Source: Octopus vulgaris | Taxonomy: Eukaryota | NCBI GenBank assembly: GCA_951406725.2 | Contig: OX597832.1 | Span: 48,484,001 to 48,548,000, forward strand | Direction of reading: 5' to 3' | Length of the DNA stretch: 64,000 nucleotides | Shown here: positions 29,898 to 45,878 of the stretch, one piece after another | Numbering within the stretch: position 1 is the stretch's first letter | Layout of the letters: each line of letters begins with the position of its first letter | Program-made: the position numbers and the translations under genes | Notes under the pieces: model-generated | What the model was told of the DNA's origin: nothing | Database searches by the model: none | Seen by the model: the letters and a program-made list of their open reading frames with translations, nothing else

Positions 29898-30520
29898 CGG
29901 ATTTGAACTCAGAACATAACGGCAGACGATATACCTATTTCTTTACTACTCACAAGGGGCTAAACCTAGAGGGGACAAACAAGGACAGACAAAGGTATTA
30001 AGTCGATTATATCGACCCCAGTGCGTAACTGGTACTTAATTTATCGACCCCGAAAGGATGAAAGTCAAAGTCGACCTCGGCGGAATTTGAACTCAGAACG
30101 TAACGACAGACGAAATACCTATTTCTTTACTACCCACAAGGGACTAAACACAGAAGGGACAAATAAGGACAGACATAGGTATTAAGTCGATTACATCGAC
30201 CCCAGTGCGTAACTGGTACTTATTTAATCGACTCCGAAAGGATAAAAAGCAAAGTCGACCTCGGCGGAATTTAAACTCAGAACGTAACGGCAGACGATAT
30301 ACCTATTTCTTTATTACCCACAAGGGACTAAACACAGAGGGGACAAACAAGGACAGTCATAGGTATTAAGTCGATTACATCGACCCGGGGGCGTAACTGG
30401 TACTTAATTTATCGACCTCGAAAGGATGAAAGGAAAAGTCGACCTCGGCGGAATTTGAACTCAGAACGTAGCGGCAGACGAAATACCGTTAAGCATTTCG
30501 CCCGGCGTCCTAACGTTTTT
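29898..30520 (-). mobile_element. SINE family A concatemer (one head, three ~180-bp bodies plus a partial)
   Basis: Repeating ACCTATTTCTTTA...GAACTCAGAACGT units. Confidence 0.9.
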
Positions 30521-30619
30521 GTGCATCTCACACTCTCTCTGAGTTTGGGTTTATTATATCGTTCATTAATTCGTTCATCAATTTTAGCATTCAACATACA
30601 TCTAAATATCTATACATAT

Positions 30620-30831
30620 TACTCTTTACTCTTTTACTTGTTTCAGTCATTTGACTGCGGCCATGCTGGAGCACCGCCTTTAGTCGAGCAAATCGACCCC
30701 GGGACTTATTCTTTTGTAAGCCCAGTACTTATTCTATCGGTCTCTTTTTGCCGAACCGCTAAGTGACGGGGACGTAAACACACCAGCATCGGTTGTCAAG
30801 CAATGCTAGGGGGACAAACACACACACACAA

Positions 30832-30880
<49 letters not shown>

Positions 30881-31055
30881 CATATATACGACAGGCTTCT
30901 TTCAGTTTCCGTCTACCGAATCCACTCACAAGGCATTGGTCGGCCCGGGGCTATAGCAGAAGACACTTGCCCAAGATGCCACGCAGTGGGACTGAACCCA
31001 GAACCATGTGGTTGGTTAGCAAGCTACTTACCAAACAGCCACTCCTACGCTCCTA
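30620..31055 (-). mobile_element. SINE family B, full length
   Basis: Head to tail match. Confidence 0.9.
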
Positions 31056-31132
31056 CATATATTTATCCAAATTGACTGATCCAGTACTGTTTCTGCTCAT
31101 GAGCATACGCCCGTGTGGATAACTATGTGGAT

Positions 31133-31487
31133 GGAAGCACTCCGTCGGTTACGACGACGAGGGTTCCGGTTGATCCGATCAACGGGACAGCCTGAGCACT
31201 CCACAGACACGTGTACCCTTAACGTAGTTCTCGGGGATATTCAGCGTGACACAGAGAGTGACAAGGCCAGCCCTTTGAAATACAGGTACAACAGAAACAG
31301 GAAGTAAGAGTGAGAGAAAGTTGTGGTGAAAGAGTACAGCAGGGATCACCACCATCCTTGCCGGAGCCTCGTGGAGCTTTAGGTGTTTTCGCTCAATAAA
31401 CACTCACAATGCCCGGTCTGGGAATCGAAACCGCGATCCTCCGACCGCGAGTCCGCTGCCCTAACCACTGGGCCATTGCGCCTCCAC
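31133..31487 (-). mobile_element. SINE family C (tRNA-Arg-like head, probably OR-type), full length with TSD
   Basis: GTGGAGGCGCAATGGCCCAGTGGTTAGGGCAGCGGACTCGCGG...GGTTTCGATTCCC; TSD GGATAACTATGT at 31117-31128 and 31488-31499. Confidence 0.9.
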
Positions 31488-32059
31488 GGATAACTATGTA
31501 TGTATGTACGTGTACGCGTGTCTCTATGTTTGTATCTGTTCCGTCGTATATTCGCTTAATTATATACTATTGTATATCTCCGCATGACTTTATGAGTTCA
31601 TTAGTTTTTATATAATTGTCTGTCATTCACTGCTCTTTTATCTGTCTTCATGATTGTCTCTGCGTGCGTTTAAATTATATATGCATAATTATGTATATAC
31701 GTGTGTATATGTTCCTGCGAGCGTATATCGGTGCATATGATTTAATTACCTCATGCCAGGTGTACCAAAATATTAAATTGCCAATGGATGGATAGTGGTT
31801 GAATTCCGGAAGTGAGATTATTAGAATCTTGTCTAGTGACGTCAGTCGTATGAACGATACGATATCCTAACTAGGTTACGACATGATAGCAAAATGGAGT
31901 CACTGAAATCGTCTGTCATCTGTTGACTTGATGATGTTTTACTGAATAACGTAAAACAGCAGCTGCGGTTTTCATTTGCGGTGACCACTCCCACGTACAT
32001 ACATGCATACATACATACATACATACATACATACATACATACATACATAGATAGATACA

Positions 32060-32143
<84 letters not shown>

Positions 32144-32256
32144 GATACATAAATTTAGATATATATGCACATACATATACAGAGATATTATGTTTATGTT
32201 TATGTTTTCCAGTTTCAGCTCTTGAGCTGTGGCCATGCTGGGGCACCGTATGTATA

Positions 32257-32315
<59 letters not shown>

Positions 32316-32512
32316 GCATATATATATACATACATACATACATACATACACATACATACATATATTTAAATACATAGATTTAGATATATATGCACACACA
32401 TATATATAGATATATATGTATATGTATATATATGTATATATATATATATTTATATGTATATATATGCATGTATATATATGTATATATATATATATGCATG
32501 TATGTACGTATG

Positions 32513-32543
<31 letters not shown>

Positions 32544-32921
32544 ATATACACCCACCATTGGAAGACAAGGGAAAATGAACAGAAAATAAGTCAATTTACC
32601 CGACGGGAAACTGTTAATGCATACATATATACATAAATATTCACAAATCCATTTGTCTACACGTATATCAATGAAGAAAAGTGTGTGCATATGTGTACGT
32701 AGCAATACATATGTACATACGTACATACATTAACTTTTGAAAACCAGTTAAGAATGAAAAGAAATTAAGAACTGCTTACGTACGTGAAAAATTAACGTAG
32801 AATTGAGGTTTATGTCTGATGGCGTTTCATGAACAGATGCGCAGATGGTTCTTGTCCCTGAAAATGAACGATAGCAAACCGTATAATGGCGATTTATTCC
32901 ATCATGTGATTTACATAAATG

Positions 32922-33137
<216 letters not shown>

Positions 33138-33217
33138 TACTAACACACACACACACACATATATATATATAATTTATTTATATATATAATTAATTATATA
33201 TATATATATATATATAC

Positions 33218-33806
<589 letters not shown>

Positions 33807-33821
<15 letters not shown>

Positions 33822-33852
33822 CTGGAGGGTATATCAGCCGAAACGTTTTGTT
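33807..33852 (+). ncRNA. Minimal hammerhead motif (C3U here; CUGAUGA in the inverted partial copy at 33220-33226)
   Basis: GACAC-UUGAUGA-A-GGCUG(10 nt)CAGCC-GAA-ACGU-U-UUGUU. Confidence 0.6.
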
Positions 33853-34403
33853 GAAAACAAACAAGATGAGGATAAATATCCGTCAAATGTAAATAATGTA
33901 AATAATGTACATAATTCTTCATCTCTTAAATATAGAACTGACAATCCTAATTCTACATCTAAACTCTAGTGTCATTCTAGGGTCGATCTGATAACGGATT
34001 TTATAGCTATATCATATTTCTCCCTAACCCGCTCTCATATTCTTTGCACTCAACATTAATTGTCCCTTACCAAAAATATAAGACTGTCAAACCCATTATG
34101 CCCCATTTCGCTTCAAACTACCAATATTGGCAACACCTTGAATAAAGCTGTATGGATATGTTTTTAACCGGGATGAAACCAGAATGCAGTTGAACCAGAA
34201 GGATGGAAATGAATGTCGATGAAGCAAAAACATACGTTGGACTGAGGTTTAAAGAAACTGTATAGATATACATTCCCCATCTCTATTTTGTCTTATATAT
34301 GTATATGTATATATATATATAACAATTGCAGCGTGGAAGGTGTTTGTAAGCCATTTAAGAAACACGCAAAAGCCGTTCGATTCACTTCAACATTTAAGTT
34401 TAA

Positions 34404-34453
34404 TTTGTCAAAATATTTTCGTCGCTAAAATCTGCGACTTGTTCAATGACAAA
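34404..34453 (-). ncRNA. Hammerhead-like scaffold with non-canonical core
   Basis: UUUGUCA-UUGAACA-A-GUCGC(8 nt)GCGAC-GAA-AAUAUU-U-UGACAAA: three stems present, core deviates. Confidence 0.4.
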
Positions 34454-34492
34454 AATCCGTGCATATAATATAATATAATATAATATAATATA

Positions 34493-34558
<66 letters not shown>

Positions 34559-34687
34559 TATATGTATGTTTGTGTATTTATATATATATACATATATAAA
34601 TTTGTGTTTGTATATTTTTTTTCCATTTTATCTAGTTTTAGCTCACGAGCTGTGGTCATGCTGGGGCACCGCCATTAAAAATTAACG

Positions 34688-34754
34688 TTCCCATGCCGGG
34701 AATCGAACCCGGGCCGCCTGAGTGAAAGCCAGGAATCCTAACCACTAGACCACA
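34688..34754 (-). pseudogene. tRNA-Glu(TTC) lacking the first 5 nt of the acceptor stem
   Basis: TGTGGTCTAGTGGTTAGGATTCCTGGCTTTCACTCAGGCGGCCCGGGTTCGATTCCCGGCATGGGAA; the expected 5' TCCCA is replaced by a TG repeat. Confidence 0.85.
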
Positions 34755-35609
34755 CACATATATATATGCTAATTATTTAATATATCAATATACCATCTAC
34801 TTGATGCATTGACCATCTTACTATAATTATGGTTGTTTCCGTTTCTCACTGAATCGCCAGCATCTAAATACACAGACATATTCTTATACACAGATATTCA
34901 CACATTCGTTCATACATACATACATACATACATACATACATACATACATACATACATACATACATAAATAAATAAATACATACATACATACATACATACA
35001 TACATACATACATACATACATACATACATACATACATACATACATCCATCGCCGTATAAATGGAGTCAATTAATGTTGCTCCTTCAAACGTCGGACGACG
35101 GCTGAAAGTAAAGTTTATATTTGGAGAGAATTTACAACCGGAAATAATTCCGAAGTGAATCGCGACTAAAGTGGCTTTCATATCTTATTCAGAACGTTCA
35201 TAAAATAAGGGAAATGAAATTGTCGCAATGGGATAAATTGAAACCTTAGATACAGGAGTCAACCTCTTGGGAGATTTTCCCAATTATTTGTTACTTGCCA
35301 GCAACAGACACAGCCACATCCATATATGAACAGATATATAATATAATATAATATAATATAATATAATATAATATAATATAATATAATATAATATATGATA
35401 TGATGTAATATGATATCTATTATATTAACTCCGTTCTGTCTGTCTGTGAGTAAGTTCTAAGAGTAAGTTCTAACCACCACCGTTCTCTCCTCCATATCTT
35501 TTAACCACTGCTTGGGTGGGATAATTTCCCACTCCATGACAGGGTTCTTCTTTTTATATTACTTCTCTGCCATGTGCAAAAAAAAACCCAGTTCAAAAGC
35601 AGTTCACAA

Positions 35610-35784
35610 AAAACAGTCCACCCAAAATTAAAACCCAATAAAACCAGCAGGAGCATTAGTTTGACGTTCGGGAAGGCAGACAGTCTTTTACGTTTCGAGC
35701 CTACGCTCTTCAACAGAAAAGGAACACGCTGAAGTAAGCTGAGGGAGAATAAAAGTTCTTGTTGATTTAGCGATTAATAATGGC

Positions 35785-35790
<6 letters not shown>
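35610..35790 (-). mobile_element. Short pLTR-like unit with CUGUUGA-core hammerhead-like motif (35685-35720)
   Basis: UUU-CUGUUGA-A-GAGC(GUAG)GCUC-GAA-ACGU-A-AAA; relatives at 42431 and 50117. Confidence 0.6.
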
Positions 35791-35877
<87 letters not shown>

Positions 35878-35899
35878 TGTATGTATGTATGTATGTATG

Positions 35900-35993
<94 letters not shown>

Positions 35994-36291
35994 CATATAT
36001 GTATGTGTCATTAATTAAATATATTCTGTTAGAATATTATACACTGAATTTATAATGAGTGCTCTTTGTATAAAATGTCAAAGATATTAATACTATAAAG
36101 TATTTAGACTAGTCATGGATTACTGAGATGATCTTACCAAGGATATAAATACAAGCTTTAAATGTTATTACCAAAGTCGACCTCCATAAATCTAAACCAG
36201 TAAAATTTAATCTATTTTTCAAAAAGACTTTCTCATATATTTTTCTAATTTTAAAACAACGATCGATATATTATAAAAATTTTATCATCTC

Positions 36292-36387
36292 CATCTCTGA
36301 CGAGTGGAAGTATTTTTTGTCTATCAATGTGTATCAACAGTGGATTCCATTACAATGATAATATTTTCGTGAAAAGATAGTAAGATG
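36292..36387 (+). ncRNA. Type I hammerhead-like motif with extended stem II
   Basis: CAUCU-CUGACGA-GUGGAAGUAUU...AAUAUUUUCGU-GAAA-AGAUAG-UA-AGAUG; stem I 5 bp, stem II 11 pairs, stem III decayed. Confidence 0.55.
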
Positions 36388-36546
36388 CATATATTAACAA
36401 GTCTTCAAGCTGTCATGTTTCAAATATTTATATATATTTTTAATTCAATACTATTTTAGACATATATATCTTCTTGAGAAATTTTGCTTGATATTGAATT
36501 TCATGCTATTATTTCTAAGTACAGTAAATATATATATATACATACA

Positions 36547-36634
<88 letters not shown>

Positions 36635-36848
36635 GAAATTTATCCCTAATAGTGGTTTAGATTTTGGCTATTCTTTCTAGCGTGCCAGGTATCCCATGAT
36701 TGATAACTCTTATGTGTTTAAATGTACACTGTATTTATATGAATAATATATAGTTTATTGACTAATTTTTCTACACGTTAGGCCACTGGTAGTAAACATT
36801 TCTAAAAAATCTTTCTTACTCTCATATTATTAATTATATATATATATA

Positions 36849-36927
<79 letters not shown>

Positions 36928-37334
36928 TTGTACTTATATATATATATTCAAATATATATATACATACATATCTGCATATATACATATATTGATACATACA
37001 TTCATACAAGCATACAACAATACATATGTGGTTGGAAGCAAACATTTTATCTTACAGTCCGGCGACTTCTTGCTCAGCAACCCACACAGGTGTTTTGTTG
37101 ATAGTAGATGAAATGTTTATGTCGTACAATTACTTCATTCCCTCCGCCAAATCGACCTTATTTGTACAATGGCACGGTGTGCCACACGGCAGATGTCGAA
37201 ACGATTGCTGAACACCGTAACAACGTGAGGCGATGTGGTATTTTTCTCAAGAACACAGCACACGGCCGGGTCAGGAAATCGAACACATGACCTCACGGTC
37301 GTGAGTGCATCACCCTAACCACTAGGTCAGGTGC

Positions 37335-37366
<32 letters not shown>

Positions 37367-37880
37367 ATCCTCTCTCCATCTCCCGCTCACACACTCACGT
37401 ACACACATATACATACAAACATATATAAATATTCACGCATACATATATATATGCATATGCCCCAATAAAACTTACACACTCTCACTCTACATATATTTCC
37501 GTTTTATTGCTTTTCATTTCCTTCACCTTTGCCATTAGTTGCTTAATATTCAACTTTATATTCTCATTAGTTCACAATGATTTGGCCATTAACTATTTAT
37601 TACATTGTGAGGTGAAGTGCCACCGAGGTAGACTTTGTCTTTCATTCTTCAGCTGCTGATAACATCAAATACCAGTTAAGTACAGGCATCGATTTAATCT
37701 TCGGAGCGAATCTCCCAATATTTGTAGCCGATGGCCCGTCCAAGAAATCACTATTAGTTTGATTATGCATACTGCGAAACACAAGAATTACACATATATG
37801 AATCCATATATACATACATACATACAAACATACAGACAGACACACAAGCACACACGAATAAATATGTATGTATGCATGTA

Positions 37881-37955
<75 letters not shown>

Positions 37956-37979
37956 TAAAATGAGGGTGAAAAATTGAGG

Positions 37980-38167
37980 GGTTCAGTCATTTTGACTGCG
38001 GCTATGGTGGAGCACAAACTTTAGTCGAACAAATCGACGCCCATGTAAGTTAGTACTTATTTTATCGCTTTGGCGAAGCGCTAGGTTACGGGGGTGGGGG
38101 TAATCATCCTAATATCAGTGGTCAAGCGATGGTGGGAGCACAAATACAGACACACAAATACATATAT

Positions 38168-38227
<60 letters not shown>

Positions 38228-38275
38228 GTGGGGCTTCTTTCAGGTTCCGAAGCATACTTCTCACCATACAGCCAT
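37980..38275 (-). mobile_element. Degenerate SINE family B
   Basis: Tail and body similarity. Confidence 0.65.
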
Positions 38276-38729
38276 GCATATATATATAATATATATATAT
38301 ATAATGTGTATATATATAATATATATATATATATATATCGATATATATATATATTTATATATCGATATATATATGTATTTATATATATATATGTATGTAT
38401 GTATGTATATATATGTATTTATATACGCACACACACACATATGCAAGTGCATAGGAAAATATATATACACACCCATATACATATATGTGTATGCTTTGGT
38501 ATTATGTATTGACAGCATACAATGAAAACAATAAACTGATGCCTTCAAAATCTCTTGAAATATTTATTTCGTCCAAGTTACATGGAGGCCTCACGTGTCA
38601 ATCCTGTCATCGCAGATGATTCGCTTTTTGGAAACCTGTAACGAACGACACTATCGTTAATAATATACGTTATAGACTAAAAATAGAATTTTCCGTGTCT
38701 TATATATTATTTATTGATTGCTATGTCAA

Positions 38730-39648
38730 TCAAAATGCTTAGCGATATCTCGTCTGAATGCAAGTTCTGGGTTCAAATTCAGCCGAGGTCGACTTTGCTT
38801 TTCATCCTTTCGGGGTCGATTAAATAAGTACCAGTTACACACTGGGTTCGATATAATCGACTTAATCTGTTTGTCTGTCCTTGTTTGTCCTCTCTGTGTT
38901 TAGCCCCTCGTGGGTAGTAAAGAAATAGATATTTCGTCTGAATGCAAGTCCTGCGTTCAAATTCCACCGAGGTCGACATTGCCTTTCATCCTTTCGGGGT
39001 CGATTAAATAAGTACCAGTTACACACTGGGTTCGATATAATCGACTTAATCTGTTTGTCTGTCCTTGTTTGTCCTCTCTGTGTTTAGCCCTCGTGGGTAG
39101 TAAAGAAATAGATATTTCGTCTGAATGCAAGTCCTGCGTTCAAATTCCACCGAGGTCGACATTGCCTTTCATCCTTTCGGGGTCGATAAGTTAAGTACCA
39201 GTTACGCACTGGGGTCGATATAATCGACTTAATCCGTTTGTCTGTCCTTGTTTGTCTTCTCTGTGTTTAGTCCCTTGTGGGTAGTAAAGAAATAGGTATT
39301 TCGTCTGCCGTTACGTTCTCAGTTCAAATTCCGCCGAAGTGGACTTTACCTTTCATCCTTTCGGGGTCGATTAAGTAAGTACCAGTTACACACTGGCGTC
39401 GATATAATCGACTTAATTCTTTTTGTCTGCCCTTGTTTGTCCCCTCTATGTTTAGCCCCTTGTGGGTAATAAAGAAACAGTTATTTCATCTGAATGCAAG
39501 GCCTGGATTCAAATTCCGCCGAGGTCGACTTTGCCTTTTATCCTTTCAGGGTCGATGATTAAGCACCAGTGAAATACCGTGGTCGATTACATCGACTAGT
39601 CCTTTCCTCCAAATTTCAGGCCTTGTGCCTTTAGCAGAAAAGGATTAT
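38730..39648 (+). mobile_element. SINE family A concatemer, five ~180-bp bodies
   Basis: Direct repeats joined at AAATAG(G/A)TATTTCGTCTG. Confidence 0.9.
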
Positions 39649-39904
39649 TTCATGATTAGTGCTAATTTTAGCAAGCTTGGTATCGTGAAATGTGAAACCA
39701 ACCTTATCTGGATTTGAACTTAAAACATTAAATTACTGCATCAAATAATGAAAATCTCAAATTATGATTTTCATCTAGAATTCGTTTTTAAATTTCACTT
39801 TTTTTCTCCTTTTTTTTTATCTTTTACATTCATTTTCCCTGTTATCGGCAGCATGTAAGTAGATCTGCTCTGCTCACACATTTAAATCCCAATAATTTGG
39901 CTGT

Positions 39905-40165
39905 TTCAGCGTTCAAATACTGCCGAGTCCGATTTTGCCTTTCATCCTTTTGGGGGCGATAAATTAAGTACCAGTTGCGTACTTGGGTAGATGTAATCGA
40001 CTGGGCCCCTCCCCTAAAATTTCGGGCCTTGTGCCTAGAGTAGAAAAAAAAATTAATGTGGCGAGCTGGCAGAAACGTTAACACGCCGGGCGAAATGCGT
40101 AGTCGTATTTCGTCTGCTGTTACGTTCTGAGTTCAAATTCCGCCGTAGAATATGTTTGCGTAGAT

Positions 40166-40216
<51 letters not shown>

Positions 40217-40416
40217 CTTTTATTTGATTCAGTCATTTGACTGCGGCCATGCTGGAGCACCACCTTTAGTCGAGCAAATCGACCCCAGGACTTATTCTTT
40301 GTAACTCTGGTACTTAGTCTGTCCATCTCTCTTGTCGAACCGCTAATGACGGGGATGTAAACACACCAGCATCGGTTCTCAAGTGATGTTGGGGGTACAA
40401 ACACAGACACACAAAC

Positions 40417-40460
<44 letters not shown>

Positions 40461-40735
40461 GGGCGTGCCCCAGCATGCTCAGCCGGATGGCTGAAACAAG
40501 TAAAATAAATAAAAGAGTATATATATATGACGGATTTCTTTTCTTCTTTTCTTCTTTTACTTGTTTCAGGTATTTGATTGCGGCCATGCTGGAGCGCCAC
40601 CTTTAGTCGAGCAAAACGATCCCAGGACTTATTCTTCGTAAGCCTAGTACTTATTCTATCGGTTTCTTTTGTCATGCATGTATGCGTGTATATGTATATA
40701 TATATATTTATATACATGTATGTATATTTGTATAG

Positions 40736-40831
<96 letters not shown>

Positions 40832-41033
40832 GTATGTGTCTGCCTATGTATATATATATATATATATATACAACGGGCTTCTTTCAGTTTCCGCCTAACA
40901 AGTCCACTCACAAGGCTTTTGTCGGCCCATGGCTATAGTAGAAGACATTATTCGAAGGTGCTTCGCAGTGAAACTAAACCCGGAACCATGTGGTTGGGAA
41001 GCAGGCTCCTTGCCACTCAGCCACATCTGCACC
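39905..41033. mobile_element. Cluster of SINE A (39905-40145, +) and SINE B pieces (40215-40420 -, 40460-40515 +, 40552-41033 -)
   Basis: Matches to family consensus seen elsewhere in the window. Confidence 0.8.
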
Positions 41034-41127
41034 TATGGTATGTATACAAATCTATATGTGTGTGTATGTGTGTGTGTAAAATATCTATCTAATTGTCTGT
41101 CTGTCTGCCTATATATGTATGTATCTA

Positions 41128-41199
<72 letters not shown>

Positions 41200-41243
41200 C
41201 CTCTCTGTCTTTCTATCTGTCTGTTTCTCTCTCTCTCTACCTA

Positions 41244-41306
<63 letters not shown>

Positions 41307-41350
41307 CCATCTATCTATTTATCTATCTATCTATCTATCCATCTATCTAT

Positions 41351-41464
<114 letters not shown>

Positions 41465-41471
41465 CTATATA

Positions 41472-41531
<60 letters not shown>

Positions 41532-41625
41532 AATCTGTCTGTCTGTCTCTCTCTCTATCTATCTGTCTGTCTATTTATTTATCCATATACCTAGCTACAC
41601 ACACATACACACAAGCGCATACACA

Positions 41626-41664
<39 letters not shown>

Positions 41665-42000
41665 ACACACACGTACGTATAACGTGTGATTATAACGCAC
41701 TCAATTTAAAATATGCAGGCGACTGCGCACCTACGAACGTAGTCTATATGGGAATCTAATTTGATGCGAAACTCCAGGTGAGCTAATTACCTTTTAACCA
41801 TCTAACATGAAAATCTAATTTATCAATCTTTTCCTCATTATTCTGGATTCTTCTACATCCGTACGCCTTGTACTTATTCCTAATCGTCTATTTACTCTCT
41901 TCCGTATTACTCTCTTTCCGCATCTTTCCATCTGTTTGATGCTGTTGCGTACCTATCAGCTTCAGCCTCCTTTCTTTCTCTGTTTGTCTCTGTTTCTGTT

Positions 42001-42055
<55 letters not shown>

Positions 42056-42146
42056 ATGTGTTAATCTAAGTAAGACTATGCTTTATAGATATAATCTATA
42101 TGATTTACTCCCTTCTATTTAAAACGAAGCTGTGTTGATTATTTAG

Positions 42147-42192
<46 letters not shown>

Positions 42193-42229
42193 TTTGTGTG
42201 TGTGTATGTGTACACGTGTATGTATTTAC

Positions 42230-42273
<44 letters not shown>

Positions 42274-42333
42274 ACACCATTGCACATATAAGTATAAATG
42301 TGTATGTATTGATATATATATATATATAGACAC

Positions 42334-42398
<65 letters not shown>

Positions 42399-42430
42399 TA
42401 GATAGATAAGTATATACACATACATACATA

Positions 42431-42760
<330 letters not shown>

Positions 42761-42947
42761 AATATGTGTATTCATTATATTTATATAGGTGTATATATTT
42801 TAGAAAACTAAATAAGTAAATGAGTGGAAATTTTACCGGTGAGTGTGTTAAATTATAAGACACTAAATGAGATTGGCTCTCCCCAGACAACAGAATATAC
42901 TTCAACACCCGAACTCATGTATAGGATCTTGCAAACCAAATCCAAAA

Positions 42948-42979
<32 letters not shown>

Positions 42980-42982
<3 letters not shown>

Positions 42983-43120
42983 CTTGCTTCCTGACTACAT
43001 TGTCTCGGGATCAGTCCGTCCAACTGTATGACACCTTGGGCAAGTGTCTTCTACTATAGTCTCGGATCGACCATAGCCTTATGAATGGATTTGTTAAACG
43101 GAAACTGAAAGTAACTCGTC

Positions 43121-43192
<72 letters not shown>

Positions 43193-43410
43193 CTTTGCGT
43201 CTTTTTTGTGTCTGTCTTTGTCGCCCACCACCGCTTGTCAACTGGTGTCGGGTTTTTCTTTACGTCCCTGTAACATAAAACGGTTCGGCAAATGATTGGT
43301 AGAATTAGTACCACGCTTTAAAAAAAAATGCAATGGGGTCGATTCATTCGACTTAACATTCTTCAAGGAATGGCCCCAGCATGGCCGCAGTTTAATGAAC
43401 AAAACACATA
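42980..43410 (+). mobile_element. Diverged SINE family B
   Basis: ACACCTTGGGCAAGTGTCTTCTACTATAG...CCCCAGCATGGCCGCAG. Confidence 0.75.
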
Positions 43411-43464
43411 AGAAGAAACAAAGGTGTTTTGCTGTCAAAATCTTATGCTTCTGGCTACCTTAGA

Positions 43465-43616
43465 GTACAGTAAGGTTCGCTACCACCCCCTGCCGGAGCC
43501 TCGTGGAACTTTATGTTTTCGCTCAATAAACACTCACAAGCCCCGGTCTGGGAATCGAAACCGCGATCCCACGACCGCGAATCCGCTGCTCTAACCACTG
43601 AGCCATTGCGCCTCCA
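43465..43616 (-). mobile_element. SINE family C, 5' part
   Basis: Head match. Confidence 0.8.
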
Positions 43617-43718
43617 CACACATACACACATATATATATATACGCACACGCACACACACATGTACACTCACATGCACACACACATGCACACACATGTATA
43701 TTGTAAGATACTATGCAT

Positions 43719-43763
<45 letters not shown>

Positions 43764-44445
43764 GTATATATGTATATATATATATGTCTATATGTATATA
43801 TATATATATATACATATACATATACACACATATATATAACAAGTCTATCAATGGCATCTGTTTTTCCTTTCACTATTTTTTTACATTTTGTTTTTCAATT
43901 CTATATCAGCAGTTTCTGTAAATATGTTCTCCCTGAACAGCGTGTGATAACGACGACAACGATGACAGGCAACGAACGACAACCATGTTACCGAGGACAC
44001 AACGTTTGCTCTACAAACACACAGAATATGCTTACTCCACTTATTCTATCGCTACTTGCAACCAACTCCGACTCCTCCAAAATACGCTGATGTTATTTAT
44101 CAATCTTCGCCACCCAGATTCACCGATATATACCCGCCTCTCTTACTCCTTGTCATCCCCCCCACAAAAAAAATCTGTGTCTTATCCCAAAGCTTGCCCC
44201 GTTAACTCCAGCTTGTTCGTTTCCTTTCCAGATTGTCAACTGTCTGGAAATATCAGCCCACCCACGTTCTCGACTTCTGACGGTAAACTCAACAAACTGC
44301 GAGATAAAAAACAAGCATAAGCGATTTCTTTAGGCCGAGAAGGTCTGTGAATTCCATGGCACTATGGTATTGCATCTTTCTTCAAAGAAAGAAAAAATTA
44401 ACAATGACGACAGTACTGGTCAAATGTGGTTTGATACAATTACAA

Positions 44446-45145
<700 letters not shown>

Positions 45146-45659
45146 AAATGAGTCGTATAAGATATAAAGAAAAATAATTGCAACGAGGACAAGATAAAAT
45201 AATTAACTACGGTGACTGATGCGAAAAAAATAATTGCAAATTTTTACATGACCGGAGAATAGAAGAAAGTATTATGATAAACAAAGAAGAAAGTGGAGAA
45301 AAATGAAAATAAATAAAATACAGAGGAGAAATAGATAGAAAAATAGAACAAAGAAAAAGAAAGAATCCTGGTAAAAAAAGAAAAACAAAAAAGCAATTAA
45401 GTAAGTGTAATTATGGGTAAATTTGAAATATATATGTGTGTGTGTGTGTGTGTGTATATACATACATACATATATATATATATATTCAGAGGGAGAGAGA
45501 GAGAGAGAGAGATAGAGATAGATAGATAGAGAGATTTGAATGTATGTACGTAAATATATATAGGTATATATATTAATATATATATATATAAATGTATATA
45601 TGTATATATATACATACATATACATATATACAGACCGACAGACATAAATATATACATAC

Positions 45660-45690
<31 letters not shown>

Positions 45691-45834
45691 TACAGTGATG
45701 GATAGATAGTTAGATATATATATATATTAATATATATATATATGTGTGTGTATATATATATACATATATACATACATGCATACATATACATATACATATA
45801 TACAGACAGACATTAATATATACATACATACATA

Positions 45835-45873
<39 letters not shown>

Positions 45874-45878
<5 letters not shown>

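Noticed and set aside
29898-30520. Regularly spaced repeats suggesting a CRISPR array
   Set aside because: The whole ~180-bp units are repeated SINE bodies with no unique spacers, there are no cas genes, and the context is eukaryotic.
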